Positions 58,684 through 64,000 of a DNA stretch of 64,000 nt are shown here, in pieces. Origin of the DNA: Paraphysomonas bandaiensis (lineage: Eukaryota; Protista; Chrysophyceae). The notes below the pieces were generated by a model. The model ran no database searches. It was not told the origin of the DNA and saw only the letters and a list, made by a program, of their open reading frames with translations. The stretch spans positions 1-64,000 of the forward strand of contig CBFFRP010000281.1 of the NCBI GenBank assembly GCA_965644295.1. Reading direction: 5' to 3'. Made by a program: the position numbers and the translations under genes. Positions within the stretch are counted from its first letter, which is position 1. Each line of letters starts with the position of its first letter.

Positions 58684-61600
58684 ATGGAGTCGACAGGCCT
58701 CAGCAGTGCTTTAAACTCTGATCATTCCGATGAGCATGGAAATAGTTACTGCCCCGCCACTAGTGCATCTATGCACCTTTCACCTGTCCGAACGCATAGG
58801 GGCATATCTGGTATGTATCAAAATCATTTCAAATCTGTCTCTGATGTTGGTTGTGATGCGGTTTACAGAACACAAGAAATGTGTCACTTGTGGAGAGTCG
58901 TATTCACCAAACTCTAACTTTTCAGCGCCACATGAGGAATACAAACCGTCCTTTATGATTTGGAAACAGTTGTCTGAAGAGTATATATCTAATGTTCCCT
59001 CCTTTCCTTTGCAAATTATCAAAGGGCAGATATTGTCATATTTGTTTCCATTATGCAGTGGAGATATGAATCGTGGCAATTTGCAGGAGGATGCCTTGAC
59101 TGTGGAACAATTTGGCAGTTTAGCGAAAACATTTGGGGAGGCTGAGACCGTCGTCGGTTGCAATAGAACAAGGGAATTGCTATGGGATATTGTAAATGCA
59201 TGCCTCGACAATCCTGGTGCTCAGAATTACTTCGGTCGTACATTATCAGTTACACGACGAATTCTTTATTTGCTGACGCACAGTGCTGAAGAATATGAAT
59301 TAATTGACGCTGCGTTGACTGCTGTAGCTGTATTGATTCGTTGTGGGGAATATAGACCTACAACAAGTGTAAAAAACTTGAATATGTTAACTACTGCTGG
59401 ATTGGCGAAGATATTGGCAACGGTATTACGCTGCCATATAGATAGGCATTCTACTTGTGAAAGAGTTTTTCTCGTGATATCACATTTCGCTTTTGACAAA
59501 AGGCAGAGACTACAATTAGTCGAAGAAGGGGTGTGTGAATATATTGTGAAAGCGATTGAGATACATAAAGATCATTGCGTCGTGATTGACCGAGCTCTGT
59601 CTGCGATATTCAACTTAATTCCTGAAGAGAAGAGTGTTGATATTTTTGTCAGATGTAACATTTTCGAAGTACTGTTGCCACAATTAACTAGTCAGTCTGA
59701 GACTATAGTTTCTGCTGCATATGGAATTATTGGTATCATACTTCAGTATCCGAAACACTGCGGTTATATAGTACAGGCAGGGGCTGTGGACGCGATTACT
59801 CTTTTCCCCACTCTGTGGATCAATTCTGAACACACAATGCAGAACTATATACTTGCTGTTGGGTGGTTGTCTTTTCAGGGAATTGGAAACTTATCACATG
59901 AGTCAAAGAATCATTTGTATTCCATCACTTTGAGCACACTGAAGATGTACCCAGCTTCGAAATCTATTCAGTTGTTAGGTTTACTTGCATTTTTCTCATG
60001 GGTAGATGATACCGATATTTCCCCCGCAAACAAGATTTCTACGTGTGCAACCCTGATGAACATACTTAGTAACACTGATTGTTATGATGTTATCATTTTA
60101 GGGTGTCTTCTTGTTTCAAAAATTGTAAATACCGCGGATAATATGCGAGAGTTCGTTGGCACGCTAGCATGCGCTCCTCTCACAAAGGTAACACAATTGC
60201 TTGTTGATAACAAGTTTCAATGCCCCACAAATTCGTGTGGTGCTCTTTTAATGGCTGTGAGTTCAGCGGTTAGTGCATTATGTCACGAGACATTGGCCAA
60301 TCAGCAAGAATTTTTCAGACTAGGTATTATTGAAATTCTAAAGGGACTGCTGGAAAGTGATATTGCCAATGTTACACACGTTTTTCCAATTGCACTCCAG
60401 ATGTGTATGAACAAGAAAACTATTAATACCGATATTGTTGATACAATGCTTATTGAAAATATTCACACAATAGTTATATCGAGTTTAAATCATTTGGATA
60501 TTGCACTTGAAGAATCCACAGGAGTAACCTGTGACATGTTGGGATTGGTTGCTTTGCTTTCGTTCTCGGTTACTTTTCGACATCTCTTTGGAGCTGAAGG
60601 TTTTCAAATAATTCTCAAGTATATCCAAAAATACCACAGTGTTCGAGATGTCAAAGTGAATCTCTTTCTCGCTTTTGGTTCACTTGTACCTTACGTTGAT
60701 GCGGAATGTGATTTGGAACGGTTCGACACTTTGAAAGTTATAGCAATGTGTTTAAAAAGAGACAAGGACGATATGAGTTTGATAATGTCGTCAACAGTAG
60801 CAATGACATGCGCGATAAGAAGCAACGGCAGTGTTTTATCATTGGAGTTAGCAGACGACATAATTTCGTCCACCAAGGATTTGTTACAACAGTATGTATC
60901 CAACAGGAATATCGTTATATGTTCATTGAAATTACTGTACTCAGTAATATGTGCCGACAAGTCATCTGTAGGCTCCAGTAATAGTTACGAAACTTTGGGG
61001 TTAGTCAAATTGTTATTTGATGTATTACGTCGGTATATAAATGACAAAGATGTAGTTTGTGGCACTTGCTGGACACTTTGGCTTTTAGATTTTGTGGGAG
61101 GATTAGTGTCGACGATTGAATCTAACGATCTGATTTTGGCTGCTGAGAAACACATACATGACTCCGTTGTGTGTACTTATGTATTTCTTGTCATCAAGTC
61201 ACTATCAAAATATGAAGATGTGTCTATTCAACGAGAAAGACTTATTAATTTTTTCAATTTTTGTGTCCATTTACACACAGAAGATGATAAGTGCCTATCT
61301 GCTGCTTTTCAACTTTTGTCCACTGTGATTGATCATCCTGATGGTCTTGCTGTTAGTATAGACTTCAATGGTATGTTGGCGGCATTTCGAAGAGCTATAG
61401 ACACGTCCAGTGCAGTATTAGTTAGTCAAATTGTTGCCGACTTGTGTATTCTCTTGACATATGTCGAGTATCAACGTGTGCTGGGAGCAATGAGTATAGG
61501 GGAACTATTGTTATCCTGTCTAGAAAAGGGCTTTGCTAGCCATGACACAGAAATTCGTCTTCTGCGGTGCATATGTTACATTTTCGAAAACGTATCAGAC

Positions 61601-64000
61601 GAGCAAGAAAATCGAAACGACCACAATATGGCGATCTCTTTATTGAATGCAGGTTGTGTTCAAGTTATTATACGCACAATGGAGCGAAATACAGTATGCG
61701 CTGATATTGTAGAAGCTGGATACTCTCTTCTAAAAAATGTTGCGCTCTGTAGCAGTGGAAGAATTAAAATTTGGTATGAGTGGGATTACGTCTCGAATCA
61801 TATCGACCGCTACTTTGACGATCCTCCAATATTCGCCCGTATTGTCCTGGTACTACAAAAGCTGTGTCTATTCGAGGAAGTGCCCAAGGCTTTAACTTGT
61901 CCGAAGTATTGTAAGTACTTTTTAGTACGGCATTTTGATACTGATTCTGAAATGTCAATACTCTCTGGCAAGTTGATATCGATTTTGCTATCGTTTTCTG
62001 ACTGCCCAGCAACGGCTAGGTCTGCCCAGGAGATCTTCTTGGAACAAAATATGGTGGAATTGGTAATTGGAAAGCTTAATGACAAGAGTTTACCGCTTGA
62101 ACGCTATGTGTGTGAAATGGAAATTTTATTCGGTTTACTTAATCACAATGAAATCAGTGTCGGGGTTTTAGTAAACAGAGATGACTTGCTATCATTGTTG
62201 ACTGATTTTGTTTCTGCTCACATCAGCGAAAGTTCTTTGGCGTTGTTGTCGATGATCATTGTGACTGAGTTGTGCTCCGATCGATCGCTATATACTAATA
62301 TACGGCAATGTAAAGTTTTATTCAATTCTAGTGTACATGCCATCGCTGTCCATGAAGATAATCCTGCCATTGTGTACAATTGTTGTCAATGTATAGTCCA
62401 CTTTCTTCGTTTATTTGTGGAGGAAGAATTGGATTTTGTAGACCGCAATTTAATTTCCACCTTAACAGACGCGATGCGTAGAAACATGGAAAATGAATCT
62501 TTAGCTAACATTGCCTCAAATGCAATTACAATGTTAAGTCGAAGATTTAATGTTGAAGCAGCCAGAGAAGCTAACGACGTTAAGACGCAGTTCGAGCGTA
62601 TAGCTGAAATGCTGTCAGAAGCTGCGAAATTTAAAGATTTTGCACTTATAGCCACCTCTTCGTCTGAAATAGTAGACTTATCATGTGGTGAAATTGACGA
62701 AAACGTTTCATTGATTAGTAGCCGTATATATGAGCAGTTACACGAAGCGCTTGTTGTTTCTGTGGGTAACTCATTTGCCCAAATTGCGATTTTGAAGGCA
62801 ATTGTGTATCTTTGTGGGCACAACGATCGGCCATTTCAGCATCGAAGTCATGTGGTTGGAAAATTTATAGCTATGCGAACTGACTTGGCAGTATTTCGTT
62901 GTTTGAGTATGATGTATCACAACTGTAGAATTTCTGAATTCGCAACGCTGTTGCTGCATTTCTTTATATCGTATAGCAACTCTAGTGATGAGAGTTTGGA
63001 ACTACCTAGACTTCTTCAGCTCACATGTGAAGTCTTAAATCGCCACGACGACGATATGACAACATTACAGAACTCATGTTTGTTGATTACAACGATCTTA
63101 AATGCTTCCAATAATTCTGAATTATGTTCATCTGATCACCTTTGTGAACAACTTTGTGTCTCTTTGCTGACTGGTATGAACGATAGTACATCCGCGCTGC
63201 GTATTGTTTCGGCCCTTTCAAGTCTCATATATACTCAGAGTTACGATCATGCCACATACATGGTCAGACGGCAACATATTTTAAAGAATCTCTTGAGTAT
63301 TTTACGTGCACATATGGAGCATAATAGCACTGTAACTGCTGTGTGTACGCTGATTACTAATCTTTCTGTGTCAATTGGAAAGGATTTCAATGCAATTTTG
63401 TATGAATTAGGAGGACATCAGGTGCTGATCGAAGTATTGCGTCGTGACTCATGTACAAGTGAAACTACGATCTACAGTGTTTACGACACAATATACACTG
63501 TGTCACAACACATGTCGCCCTGCTCCAACCACTTTAATCATAATGGTATCTGGGAGCTCGTTATACGCGATGTGGAAAGATTTCAGTGGGAAGCTAATGT
63601 AATGAAAATTGTGTGTCTGTGTATTCCAGTTCTACTTATTGAAACGGATGATCTTGTGGGTATTAACTTTCAGATAATGTTGGAAATGTGTATCAAAATA
63701 CCTCGCGTTCACAGCAGAAAATGTGAGGTTATTCTTGCGGTAGTCATGGCAATTGAGTGTATACTTGGAACAGAATTTAGTTTTTCGATCTCTACATTGA
63801 GGAGTTTGCTAGACATGCTAGGTCCGTTGTTTGAACAGTACTTACATGAGCATGAGCTGGTCCAGCAGTTCTCACTTATATTGATTCGCATAACATCGCG
63901 AATTAATGAGTTTGAGCATATAGAAAATTTTATTGATTGCAGTTTATGCGGAACAATTGTTTCTGGGCTGTATACGTATTCACGGCATGAAACTATATTT
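58684..64000 (+). CDS. Very large armadillo/HEAT-repeat protein (>1700 aa), truncated by the window edge (absent from the ORF track)
   Basis: ATG at 58684, intron 58811-58868, then one long frame. I translated its first ~750 bp; since the ORF track lists no closed ORF in this frame, it is apparently open to 64000. It has repeated L...G.C..I..A...H......V...A...I.NL helical units. Confidence 0.8.

Overview
This is eukaryotic nuclear DNA from a compact protist genome with short (about 45-130 bp) GT-AG introns. A nuclear, intron-containing mitochondrial atp1 and the gene content suggest a stramenopile, probably an ochrophyte such as a chrysophyte (inference). Host genes: an HRI1-like protein, a membrane-anchored sulfotransferase-like protein, a 63-aa tandem-repeat protein, DUF6625-like and DUF6492-like putative glycosyltransferases, an NDP-glucose 4,6-dehydratase, F1-ATPase alpha, TMEM208/SND2, a Wee1/Myt1 kinase, a FAR-17a/AIG1-like membrane protein, an IQ-like coiled-coil protein, two EF-hand proteins and a giant ARM-repeat gene that runs off the right end. 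Mobile DNA: the 5' end of a tRNA-Ala-primed LTR element (left edge), a complete and very young Ty1/copia element, a long-TIR MITE family, a hAT-like relic and an unclassified repeat that forms a fold-back. The strongest unexplained signals are: (1) the copia element, whose TSD-, PBS- and PPT-defined LTR ends read TA...TT rather than TG...CA, with neighbouring relics suggesting a family trait; (2) a ~7.9-kb palindrome carrying two nearly identical copies of a highly divergent Sec61-alpha paralog plus tRNA-Pro genes, between two smaller inverted structures; (3) a homogenised 189-bp coding repeat array. All family assignments come from motif recognition by eye, not from database searches.
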